Source: a virus. From it: a stretch of DNA of 64,000 bases. Positions 1-8,097 of this stretch are shown one piece after another; the stretch's first letter is position 1; every line of letters begins with the position of its first letter. The translations under genes were made by a program, and so were the position numbers. The stretch is taken from IMG/VR virus record IMGVR_UViG_3300023179_000021, positions 81,641-145,640 of that record; one strand, given 5' to 3'. Below the pieces are notes generated by a model. It saw nothing but the letters and a program-made list of their open reading frames with translations, made no database searches and was not told the DNA's origin.

Positions 1-68
1 CAACGAAGCGTATGGTTGCTGCTGGTATTGCAGCTCTTCGCACACAAGGACGCCGTGCATTTGCCTAA
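1..68 (+). CDS. 3' end of a small conserved T4-like phage protein (partial)
   Basis: Frame from nt 3 reads TKRMVAAGIAALRTQGRRAFA*, followed by a terminator. Confidence 0.5.
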   Translation, partial: TKRMVAAGIAALRTQGRRAFA

Positions 69-90
69 AAGATAGTCCACTTTGAGCGAC

Positions 91-124
91 AGAGGGATAT
101 ATACTTTATATCCCTCTTTATTTT
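91..124 (+). terminator. Rho-independent terminator
   Basis: AGAGGGATATA-tactt-TATATCCCTCT stem followed by TTATTTT. Confidence 0.75.
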
Positions 125-135
125 ATGGACAAATT

Positions 136-951
136 ATGGAAATACAAGTAAAACTTGATGAATTGAGGAAACATAAAGTTTTTGTGGCAACACCAATGTA
201 TGGCGGTATGGCTCACGGACTTTATGTTAAATCCAGTCTTGACCTGCAAGCCATGTTAACCAAGTATGGCGTTGAAACTAAATTTTCTTTTCTCTTTAAC
301 GAATCGCTAATTACAAGGGCTCGTAATTACCTTGTTGATGAATTTCTAAGAACAGATTATACACATTTACTTTTTATTGATTCTGATATTCACTATCATG
401 CACAGGATGTCGTAGCACTTCTTGCACTTGATAAAGATGTAATTGGTGGGCCATATCCTAAGAAGGCCATCAATTGGCAGAATATTATTGATGCTGCAAG
501 AAAACATCCCGACCTTGAAGCACATGAATTAGAAAAATTGGTTGGCCAGTATGTGTTCAATGTGGTCAAAGGTACAAAACAATTTTCTGTAACTGAACCA
601 CTAGAAGTGATGGAAATTGGCACAGGCTACATGTTAATTAAACGACATGTATTTGATAAAATGAGAGATGCTTTTCCAATGATTCATTACAAACCAGATC
701 ATGTTGGTCAAGCGAACTTTGATGGTTCTAGATACATTCATGCATATTTCGATACAGTGATTGACGCCAAGGGTTCCATTACAGACGGTGGGACAGATCG
801 TTACCTAAGTGAAGATTACATGTTCTGCCAAATGTGGCGTAAGATCGGCGGTCAAATTTTCTTATGCCCTTGGATGAAAACGCAACATGTCGGAAGTTAT
901 GCATTTACTGGAGATATGCCGGCGGTGGCCAATTATGCAGGAAAGTTATGA
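136..951 (+). CDS. GT-A fold glycosyltransferase-like protein
   Basis: ESLITRARN, LLFIDSDI (DxD) and SEDYMFC motifs; ATG 136 preferred over the TTG upstream of the terminator. Confidence 0.7.
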   Translation: MEIQVKLDELRKHKVFVATPMYGGMAHGLYVKSSLDLQAMLTKYGVETKFSFLFNESLITRARNYLVDEFLRTDYTHLLFIDSDIHYHAQDVVALLALDKDVIGGPYPKKAINWQNIIDAARKHPDLEAHELEKLVGQYVFNVVKGTKQFSVTEPLEVMEIGTGYMLIKRHVFDKMRDAFPMIHYKPDHVGQANFDGSRYIHAYFDTVIDAKGSITDGGTDRYLSEDYMFCQMWRKIGGQIFLCPWMKTQHVGSYAFTGDMPAVANYAGKL

Positions 952-1011
952 AAAACATAACATATAAGTACAGGGCTTTATATAATCATGATATGAAAAA
1001 AGGTGATCGTA

Positions 1012-1698
1012 ATGAAACTTTCAAATGAAACAATTGGTGTTCTAAAAAACTTTGGCAGTATTAATTCTGGTATTTTTTTGAAGAAAGGCAAAACAATTAA
1101 AACCGTTTCTTCACATAAAAATATTTTGGCACAAGCTACAATTCCTGATGAAATTCCTGCCGACTTTGGTATCTACGACTTAAATGAATTTCTTTCTGTG
1201 GTTTCTCTGCATAAAGATGATTTGAATCTTGAGTTTGATTCTAAGAATGTTGTAATCTCTGGCCTTAAAGGCCGTAGTAAAATTAAGTATCGTTCTTGTG
1301 ATGCTACAATGCTTGTTGTACCTCCAGAAAAAACACTTCAGATTGCTAATCCAGAAATTCAATTTGATTTAAGTGCTGAAGACTTTAGATGGATTCTTGA
1401 CGCTGCAAATGTTCTTGGCAGCCCACAAATTTCTGTTGAATCTGATGGTATAAAAGTCACACTGAATACATTAGATGTAACAAATGATTCAGCTCATACC
1501 GAATCGCTTGAATTAGAAGTTGAAGGCTCTGGTAACAAATACAAGATGGTTTTTAAAACTGAAAATTTTTCTAAAGTATTACTTGGTCCATATGAGGTGA
1601 AAATTTCTTCAAAAGGCGTTTCTCATTTTAAGAACAAAAAAACATCTATTGAATATTGGATTACCACAGAAATTGGCTCAACATTTCAAAAGGCTTAA
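1012..1698 (+). CDS. gp45: DNA polymerase sliding clamp
   Basis: MKLSNETIGVLKNFGSIN and FGIYDLNEFL signature; precedes gp44. Confidence 0.93.
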   Translation: MKLSNETIGVLKNFGSINSGIFLKKGKTIKTVSSHKNILAQATIPDEIPADFGIYDLNEFLSVVSLHKDDLNLEFDSKNVVISGLKGRSKIKYRSCDATMLVVPPEKTLQIANPEIQFDLSAEDFRWILDAANVLGSPQISVESDGIKVTLNTLDVTNDSAHTESLELEVEGSGNKYKMVFKTENFSKVLLGPYEVKISSKGVSHFKNKKTSIEYWITTEIGSTFQKA

Positions 1699-1700
1699 TT

Positions 1701-1883
1701 ATGATTTTATTTACTGATGCTGAAACTGGAAATGAAGTTTATATAAATCCAGATTGTGTAAAGATGGTTAGAGATTTTAGAAACTTAACAAAAATCATGT
1801 TTTTGGATGATGCGTATGTTATCGTCACTGACACTCTTAAAGTTACAATTGAAAAAATGGTTAAAAAACCAGTTAAATCTTGA
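1701..1883 (+). CDS. small hypothetical protein
   Basis: Compact ORF between gp45 and gp44. Confidence 0.55.
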   Translation: MILFTDAETGNEVYINPDCVKMVRDFRNLTKIMFLDDAYVIVTDTLKVTIEKMVKKPVKS

Positions 1884-1909
1884 GATGTTTATTGTGAGGA
1901 ATTTTTATT

Positions 1910-2842
1910 ATGAGTCAACTTCTTTGGGTGGAAACACACAGGCCCCAAACAATTCGGGACTGTATCCTACCAGAGCGTCTGAAAAAACCATTTCAGGAAT
2001 ATGTCAATCAAAAAAGTATTCCAAATCTTCTTCTTGCTGGTGGTCCTGGAGTAGGCAAGACCACAGTGGCCAAGGCCATGTGCAACGAAGTGGGATGCGA
2101 TTATCTGGTAATCAATGGTTCTGACGAATCTGGTATTGATACTTTCCGTGTAAAAATCAAAAATTATGCTTCGTCAATGTCTTTGGCTGGTGGCCGTAAA
2201 GTCATCATCATTGATGAAGCCGACTATTTAAACCCAAACTCCACACAACCCGCCTTAAGGAACGCAATTGAAGAATTTGCTTCAAACTGCTCTTTCATAT
2301 TTACTTGTAACTATAAGAATCGTATCATTGAGCCTTTACATTCTCGGTGTGCGGTTGTCGATTTCACTCTTAAAAACGGTGATAAGGCTAAAATGGCCAA
2401 AGAATTCTTCATACGAATCAAAGAAATTTTACGAAGTGAATCGGTCGACTTTGAGGACAAAGTAGTTGCTGAATTAATTAAGAAACATTTTCCAGATTTT
2501 CGTCGTGTAATTAACGAACTGCAGCGTTATTCGCAGTTTGGTAAAATCGATTCTGGTGTTCTTGCTCAAATTGCTAATGTTTCTATTTCTGAAATAGTAA
2601 AGCATATGAAAGAGAAAGATTTTGGCTCTCTTCGTAAGTGGGTGGCCTCAGGAGATTATGATGCAAATGTGGTGTTTCGGCAGATTTATGACGCACTATA
2701 TGACGTATTAAAACCACAATCAATTCCACAGGCCGTATTGATTCTTGCTGACTATCAATACAAACAGGCCTTTGTTGCTGATGGTGAAATTAATCTTGTT
2801 GCTTGTCTTGTTGAATTGATGGGGAATTGTGAGTTTGTATGA
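1910..2842 (+). CDS. gp44: clamp loader large subunit (RFC-like AAA+)
   Basis: LWVETHRP, GGPGVGKT, IIDEAD and SRC motifs. Confidence 0.95.
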   Translation: MSQLLWVETHRPQTIRDCILPERLKKPFQEYVNQKSIPNLLLAGGPGVGKTTVAKAMCNEVGCDYLVINGSDESGIDTFRVKIKNYASSMSLAGGRKVIIIDEADYLNPNSTQPALRNAIEEFASNCSFIFTCNYKNRIIEPLHSRCAVVDFTLKNGDKAKMAKEFFIRIKEILRSESVDFEDKVVAELIKKHFPDFRRVINELQRYSQFGKIDSGVLAQIANVSISEIVKHMKEKDFGSLRKWVASGDYDANVVFRQIYDALYDVLKPQSIPQAVLILADYQYKQAFVADGEINLVACLVELMGNCEFV

Positions 2843-3408
2843 AATTAGATTTTTGTGCTATTTGTGGTACTAAAGAAGGTTTACACCAACATCATATTCA
2901 TCCTGTTGTATACTCTACGGCAAAAAGAAACAGTAAGAAATATGACTCAAATAAGAAATTAAAAGAATGTGATATTTTTGAGATATGGGCTTATCTTTTA
3001 GATCAAGGTTATATATCAGATGATGCGACGGTTACGGTTTGTGAATTTCATCACAATATGTTGCACGGTATAGTTAAATTCACAAAAGCAAAACAATCCG
3101 ATATGATTAAAGCAGGTATAGAAAAATCTAGACAAAAAGGCATCAAGCTTGGAAGACCTAGTAAATTGAATGATGAAATGATATACAATGTGCATCAAAT
3201 GCGAAAAAATGGATTTTCAATTAGAGATGCGGCGAGAGAACTTAAAATTGGTATAGGCACAATTTATTCAGCTTTAAACTTGGAACCAAAAGATTTATCG
3301 AACGAAGAGTGTGATGAAATTCTGAATTTGATTGAAAATGATGAACTTGATTCACATTTAACTGTTGAATTGGAATCAACTTCTTATTGGGAAAATCTTC
3401 GTGAATGA
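2839..3408 (+). CDS. HNH endonuclease fused to a resolvase/Hin-type HTH (putative homing endonuclease)
   Basis: CxxC...HHIHP...CEFHHNMLH, then GIKLGRPSKL...SIRDAARELKIGIGTIY. Confidence 0.7.
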   Translation: MKLDFCAICGTKEGLHQHHIHPVVYSTAKRNSKKYDSNKKLKECDIFEIWAYLLDQGYISDDATVTVCEFHHNMLHGIVKFTKAKQSDMIKAGIEKSRQKGIKLGRPSKLNDEMIYNVHQMRKNGFSIRDAARELKIGIGTIYSALNLEPKDLSNEECDEILNLIENDELDSHLTVELESTSYWENLRE

Positions 3409-4552
3409 TTTATTTAATCTTCTTAGACTAAAACGTTCTAATTCATTTAAAAAAAGTACCAAATATCATGTAGCTCGTAGCCGAAATAAAAGAAAAATAC
3501 GAAAAATTGACGATAGGAAATATGAAATGGGTGCATCAATGGAAGATAAATCACAAACAGAGTATTTTTTAAGTGCATCATCTTTGAATGACCATGTGAT
3601 TTCTAAATGTTTATCAAAGCGTGTTGAATTAAGATTTACAACAATTTGTCTTAAAGAAAGTTTGGTTTGTAATCCTAAGGAATGGCATGAATATGTCCGT
3701 TATAAATTAGATGATGAATTCAATCAATTGGTTGAATTTGGCCATCAAACTGGTATGATTATCAATAATGAAACAAATGATTTCGTTGATTACACTGTCA
3801 ATTCCAATCTTGTTGAAGTCAAAATTTATGGCTCTAAACAATTTACCGAAAAAATGTATGGCCAATTGACCGAGGATTTTGAAATTGCTGCATGTTATAT
3901 TGAATGGGTTTATGGTTCAGATGGTGAATCCGTAAATATTCCATTATCATCAGAAAAGCTTCCAATTTCTGAGATGTACCCTTTTCTTGGGAGTGAATCA
4001 ATCGAAGAATACTATAATCGTTTTTTAGAATCATCAGCATCGATTCTTCTTTTGATTGGTCCACCAGGCACAGGTAAAACCACATTCATTCGTGGTTTGC
4101 TTTATCATTCTGCTATGAACGCCATTGTTACCTATGACGATAAGATCCTAGAGCGTGATTATATCTTTGCTCGTTTTATTGAGGATGATGTTGGCGTAAT
4201 GGTCATTGAAGATGCTGATAGTTTCCTCAAACCAAGGGCCGATGGCAATACAATGATGCATCGCTTTCTAAATGTGGGCGATGGCCTTATTTCAATGAAA
4301 CGTAAGAAACTCATCTTTTCAACCAATCTGCCATCGGTTAATGATGTTGATGATGCTCTAATTCGTCCCGGTCGTTGCTTTGATATTTTAAATTTTGAGA
4401 ATTATAACGAAGAACAAGCTAAGATTGTCAGTGGAAAACTTGGTATACCTTTTAATTCTAAATCACCTTCTGAGACTTATTCTTTGGCTGAAATCTTTCA
4501 TACACAAAAGAATTCAAACTCAAAACAGAAAAGAAAGATGGGATTTGTATGA
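3365..4552 (+). CDS. AAA+ ATPase (start uncertain)
   Basis: GPPGTGKT, VIEDAD, STN sensor, ALIRPGRC, C-terminal KMGF. Confidence 0.85.
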   Translation: MNWNQLLIGKIFVNDLFNLLRLKRSNSFKKSTKYHVARSRNKRKIRKIDDRKYEMGASMEDKSQTEYFLSASSLNDHVISKCLSKRVELRFTTICLKESLVCNPKEWHEYVRYKLDDEFNQLVEFGHQTGMIINNETNDFVDYTVNSNLVEVKIYGSKQFTEKMYGQLTEDFEIAACYIEWVYGSDGESVNIPLSSEKLPISEMYPFLGSESIEEYYNRFLESSASILLLIGPPGTGKTTFIRGLLYHSAMNAIVTYDDKILERDYIFARFIEDDVGVMVIEDADSFLKPRADGNTMMHRFLNVGDGLISMKRKKLIFSTNLPSVNDVDDALIRPGRCFDILNFENYNEEQAKIVSGKLGIPFNSKSPSETYSLAEIFHTQKNSNSKQKRKMGFV

Positions 4553-4935
4553 GTAACCCTTTTGACTATGTAAATCAGATTCTCTATGGTAAAAAGGATT
4601 TGATTGTTGATGCTCAAACTGAAAAAGAATACAACCCCTTCATCGTAAACAGGTCACTTTCTTATCATTTCGATTGTGTTTTGTTTACTAATGAGATGAA
4701 TCGAAGGCATTTTGTCGATAAAAAGTTACAAAATTCATTCCTAATAAATACAATCAGGTCTCGTAAAAGGCCTTTTGCTAAGTGGGTTAAATCTGAAAAG
4801 AGTGAAGATTTGGAATGTATCAAAAAATATTTTAACTATTCCAACATTAGAGCTCTTGAAGTTTTGCCTCTACTCAGTGAAAAACAAATCCAAGAATTAA
4901 AAGAAAAAACCGAAATAGGTGGATTAAGGAAATGA
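4549..4935 (+). CDS. gp62: clamp loader small subunit
   Basis: NPFDYVN, YNPFIVNRSLS, RKRPFAKW; lies before regA. Confidence 0.9.
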   Translation: MSNPFDYVNQILYGKKDLIVDAQTEKEYNPFIVNRSLSYHFDCVLFTNEMNRRHFVDKKLQNSFLINTIRSRKRPFAKWVKSEKSEDLECIKKYFNYSNIRALEVLPLLSEKQIQELKEKTEIGGLRK

Positions 4936-4936
4936 T

Positions 4937-5353
4937 ATGTCTGATATATTTAAAGGAGTTGGAGTTGAAATAACACTTGAAAATGAGGATGCATTTTTAA
5001 AAGTAAGAGAAACACTGACAAGAATTGGTGTTTCGTCTCGTAAAGAAAAAGTGTTATACCAATCTTGCCACATACTTCATAAACAAGGCCGTTATGTAAT
5101 TTTACATTTTAAAGAATTATTTTCTTTAGATGGAAAACCATCTACAATTACAGACAATGATATACAACGAAGAAATGCTATTACTAATTTGCTTGAAGAA
5201 TGGGGATTATTGAAAATACTTAAAGATGAAAAGGAGAAAATTGAAGGAAATTTGGCACCTCTACATCAAATTAAAATCATTTCATATAAAGAAAAAGATG
5301 ATTGGGAACTTGTAAGTAAATATACAATAGGAAAAAAGAAAGTTGAGTATTGA
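4937..5353 (+). CDS. regA: translational repressor RegA
   Basis: FLKVRETLTRIG, LYQSCHILHKQGRYVILHFKELF. Confidence 0.95.
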   Translation: MSDIFKGVGVEITLENEDAFLKVRETLTRIGVSSRKEKVLYQSCHILHKQGRYVILHFKELFSLDGKPSTITDNDIQRRNAITNLLEEWGLLKILKDEKEKIEGNLAPLHQIKIISYKEKDDWELVSKYTIGKKKVEY

Positions 5354-5535
5354 AAATGAAACCCGTAATTGTGAAATTAAAAAATTTATATACAAATGAA
5401 ATTATATACACTGAAAATTATGATGATTACCAAGAAAAAGATGGTCTAGAATTCATCAAAGTTTTTAAGGAAGAAAACCCAAAAAGAAAGTATTTGGTCA
5501 ACAGAAATGCTTATCAAATACTAAATAAAGAATAG
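5350..5535 (+). CDS. hypothetical protein
   Basis: 61-aa ORF overlapping the regA stop. Confidence 0.5.
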   Translation: MKMKPVIVKLKNLYTNEIIYTENYDDYQEKDGLEFIKVFKEENPKRKYLVNRNAYQILNKE

Positions 5536-5587
5536 CCAATGCCTAATGGGTTGGCTATTTTAAACTTGCTTATTTAAGGAGAAAACT
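5531..5587 (+). promoter_or_regulatory. ROSE-like RNA thermometer in the sHsp 5' UTR
   Basis: Upstream hairpin AATAGCCAA/TTGGCTATT plus CTTGCTT-attt-AAGGAG pairing the SD with a bulged G. Confidence 0.65.
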
Positions 5588-6061
5588 ATGACTTATGTAT
5601 TACGTCCGCTTCACTACACAACCCTTGGTTTTGAACGCTTTTTTAATGATGTTGAGCGATTGCTTAAAGATGACCCTCAAGCCAAGGCTTCCAACTTTCC
5701 ACCACATAATATTCTTCGTCTAGATGACAATCGTTATATCATCGAAATGGCTGTCGCTGGTTTTGCCAAAGACGAAATTGATATTACAATTGAAGATGGC
5801 AGCTTGACCGTAAAAGGTGAAAAAAAAGAACAGGTAAATAATTCTCAATATGTACATCGTGGTATTGGCACACGTTCTTTTACCAAAACTTTTACTGTTG
5901 CTGATACAATTGAAGTTTGTGGTGCCGAATTTAAAGATGGCATTCTTCGTATTGGTCTAGAAAATATTATTCCAGATCACAAGAAACCGCGCAAAGTTGA
6001 AATTGGTAATAATCTTGAGGCATTCAAGCCACAACTTTTACAAGAGACCAAAACGGCATAA
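5588..6061 (+). CDS. hsp20: small heat shock protein (IbpA/Hsp20)
   Basis: FPPHNI, EMAVAGF, YVHRGIGTRSF, AEFKDGIL. Confidence 0.93.
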   Translation: MTYVLRPLHYTTLGFERFFNDVERLLKDDPQAKASNFPPHNILRLDDNRYIIEMAVAGFAKDEIDITIEDGSLTVKGEKKEQVNNSQYVHRGIGTRSFTKTFTVADTIEVCGAEFKDGILRIGLENIIPDHKKPRKVEIGNNLEAFKPQLLQETKTA

Positions 6062-6067
6062 GTGGGT

Positions 6068-6094
6068 GGGAGGGCTTGACCCTCCCTTGTTTTT
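6068..6094 (+). terminator. Rho-independent terminator
   Basis: GGGAGGG-cttga-CCCTCCC followed by a T tract. Confidence 0.8.
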
Positions 6095-6112
6095 ATTATA
6101 GAATAGATTCTT

Positions 6113-6565
6113 ATGAAAACTATTTCAATTGTCAGTGATGATAGAAAATGTGGTGATTGTACACTTTGTTGTGAAGGATGGATAACAAATGTTGCACATG
6201 GCTATGAAATGTGGCCAGGTAATAAGTGCCAATTCGTTTCTTGTGGAAATGGTTGTACAATTTATAATGATCGGCCCAAAAGTTGTGAAGAATTTTCTTG
6301 CCAATGGTTAATTGACAAACGTGTGCCAGAGTGGATGAAACCCAATACATGCGGTGCTATTTTAAAAGAATGGGAAATAAATGGTATTAAATTTTTAGAA
6401 ATTTTTGAAGCAGGCCGAAAACTAGATTCTGAAGTTTTAACATGGGCTTTTAATGCTCTAGTAAGCAAAAAATTTGAAAATATAAAATACCAAGTTTCTT
6501 CAGGTTGGAATTATTTCGGTACCAAAGAATTTTTTGATGTAATCAGAAAAAAATATCAAAAATGA
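6113..6565 (+). CDS. CxxCxxCC (YkgJ-like) metal/Fe-S binding protein
   Basis: CGDCTLCC...CTIYNDRPKSCEEFSCQWL. Confidence 0.7.
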   Translation: MKTISIVSDDRKCGDCTLCCEGWITNVAHGYEMWPGNKCQFVSCGNGCTIYNDRPKSCEEFSCQWLIDKRVPEWMKPNTCGAILKEWEINGIKFLEIFEAGRKLDSEVLTWAFNALVSKKFENIKYQVSSGWNYFGTKEFFDVIRKKYQK

Positions 6566-6993
6566 AACAAAAATTTATCGAACCCTATATGAAGGTAGCT
6601 GAAACTTTTGCTGAGTTATCTTCAGCACGCCGTCTTCATGTCGGTGCTATTGTTGTAAAAGATGATAGAATCATTTCAATTGGTTATAATGGTATGCCGA
6701 CTGGATGGACAAATGAGTGTGAAGATGAAAAATATGAAGAAGATGGATTTCATATCACAACGATAACAAAGCCAGAGGTATTGCACGCTGAAACAAACGC
6801 AATCGCTAAGTTAGCTAAATCCACAGAATCTGGTGATGGCGCTATAATGTTTATTACTCACGCACCATGCCTTGAATGTGCAAAGTTAATTTATCAAAGT
6901 GGCATCAAGTCTGTTTTTTATCGTAACACCTATCGCAGCACCGATGGTGTTGATTTTCTAACTAAATGTGGCATCGAGGTAAAAAATGTCTGA
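6562..6993 (+). CDS. cd: dCMP deaminase
   Basis: SIGYNG, HAETNAI, THAPCLEC. Confidence 0.92.
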   Translation: MKQKFIEPYMKVAETFAELSSARRLHVGAIVVKDDRIISIGYNGMPTGWTNECEDEKYEEDGFHITTITKPEVLHAETNAIAKLAKSTESGDGAIMFITHAPCLECAKLIYQSGIKSVFYRNTYRSTDGVDFLTKCGIEVKNV

Positions 6994-7156
6994 TAAAGTA
7001 TACACTAGCGAAGTTCTAGAGATTTTAGAAAACGGTGATGCAATGATTGAAATACCAATTGAACTTATGAAAGAAATGGAATGGAAAGAAGGCGATGTTC
7101 TGGATTGTTCTTTAGAAGAAGACACAATTATTTTGCGTAAACTTGACAATTATTGA
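6986..7156 (+). CDS. AbrB/MazE/SpoVT-like DNA-binding protein (56 aa, not in ORF track)
   Basis: MSDKVYTSEVLEILENGDAMIEIPIELMKEMEWKEGDVLDCSLEEDTIILRK. Confidence 0.7.
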   Translation: MSDKVYTSEVLEILENGDAMIEIPIELMKEMEWKEGDVLDCSLEEDTIILRKLDNY

Positions 7157-7187
7157 TTTACATTTAAAATAAGAAAAGGAAATCATT

Positions 7188-7550
7188 ATGAAATCTGTGT
7201 TTAAAGATGTACAAATTTTTATGGAAGCCGCAGATCAATCAACAACAGATTATAATCTAGACCAATCTTCTCTTTATATGAAATTAATTGGTGAAGAATT
7301 TAGTGAACTACTTACTGCTAAAAACCGTAATGATGACCCTGAAATTGCTGATGCTTGTTTCGACCTCATGTGGGTTGTAATTGGATATATGATTTCAAGA
7401 GGTTGGAATGTTGATAAAATTTGGGATGAAGGTGCTCTAAGTAATTTAAGAAAAATTGATCCAGAAACACGAAAAGTTTTAAAACGTGAAGATGGTAAAG
7501 TTTTAAAACCCGAAGGATGGCAACCTCCCAATTTTAGTCAATTTGTTTAA
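7188..7550 (+). CDS. MazG-like/PRA-PH NTP pyrophosphohydrolase
   Basis: LIGEEFSE, EIADACFD, SNLRK, KREDGKVLKPEGW. Confidence 0.85.
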   Translation: MKSVFKDVQIFMEAADQSTTDYNLDQSSLYMKLIGEEFSELLTAKNRNDDPEIADACFDLMWVVIGYMISRGWNVDKIWDEGALSNLRKIDPETRKVLKREDGKVLKPEGWQPPNFSQFV

Positions 7551-7561
7551 AAAGGAACTAT

Positions 7562-7786
7562 ATGAATATTCGTGAATTAGCTAAAAAAATAGCAATCGAA
7601 CAAAAACTTCCAAGGTCTGAGAAATATGATTTAGTTTTGCGAGAATATGACAGAATGGTCGAACTGATTGGCTTAGTTCCTGACCCTAATTACAACATGC
7701 GTGATTTTGAAGGGCGTGAAATGTTGTTTCCTAAACGCTGGGTAACACTGGCTGTTTTTCCCGAAAGTACAAAGGTGAATGTATAA
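7562..7786 (+). CDS. hypothetical protein
   Basis: SD AAGGA; coupled to the next gene. Confidence 0.6.
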   Translation: MNIRELAKKIAIEQKLPRSEKYDLVLREYDRMVELIGLVPDPNYNMRDFEGREMLFPKRWVTLAVFPESTKVNV

Positions 7787-8085
7787 TGGATGTCAAACTT
7801 GTAACACTTAAAACAAATCACACACTGATTGCTAAGGTTGAACTGCCTTTTGACCAATCGTATGTGTTGGTTAAAGAACCACTTCAAGTAGCCTTACAAC
7901 CAACCAAAGAAGGTTCTGGTGTGATGTTTGTACCATTTGTTGAATATGCCGAAGAGTTTAAAACAGGCTTCAAGATTTCAATGAGTGATGTACTAATGAT
8001 TTCAACACCTCTACAAGAACTACAGGACAATTACCGGCAAATCTTCAGTAATATACAAATTGCCTCAGCCATGCCAAGGGTTTGA
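7786..8085 (+). CDS. conserved T4-like Sm-like fold protein upstream of gp43
   Basis: VKLVTLKTNHTLIAKV pattern; position. Confidence 0.6.
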   Translation: MDVKLVTLKTNHTLIAKVELPFDQSYVLVKEPLQVALQPTKEGSGVMFVPFVEYAEEFKTGFKISMSDVLMISTPLQELQDNYRQIFSNIQIASAMPRV

Positions 8086-8097
8086 TATAATCCAAGG

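Noticed and set aside
6986-7550. mazE-mazF-mazG toxin-antitoxin module
   Set aside because: AbrB-like and MazG-like genes are present, but there is no toxin ORF between or beside them
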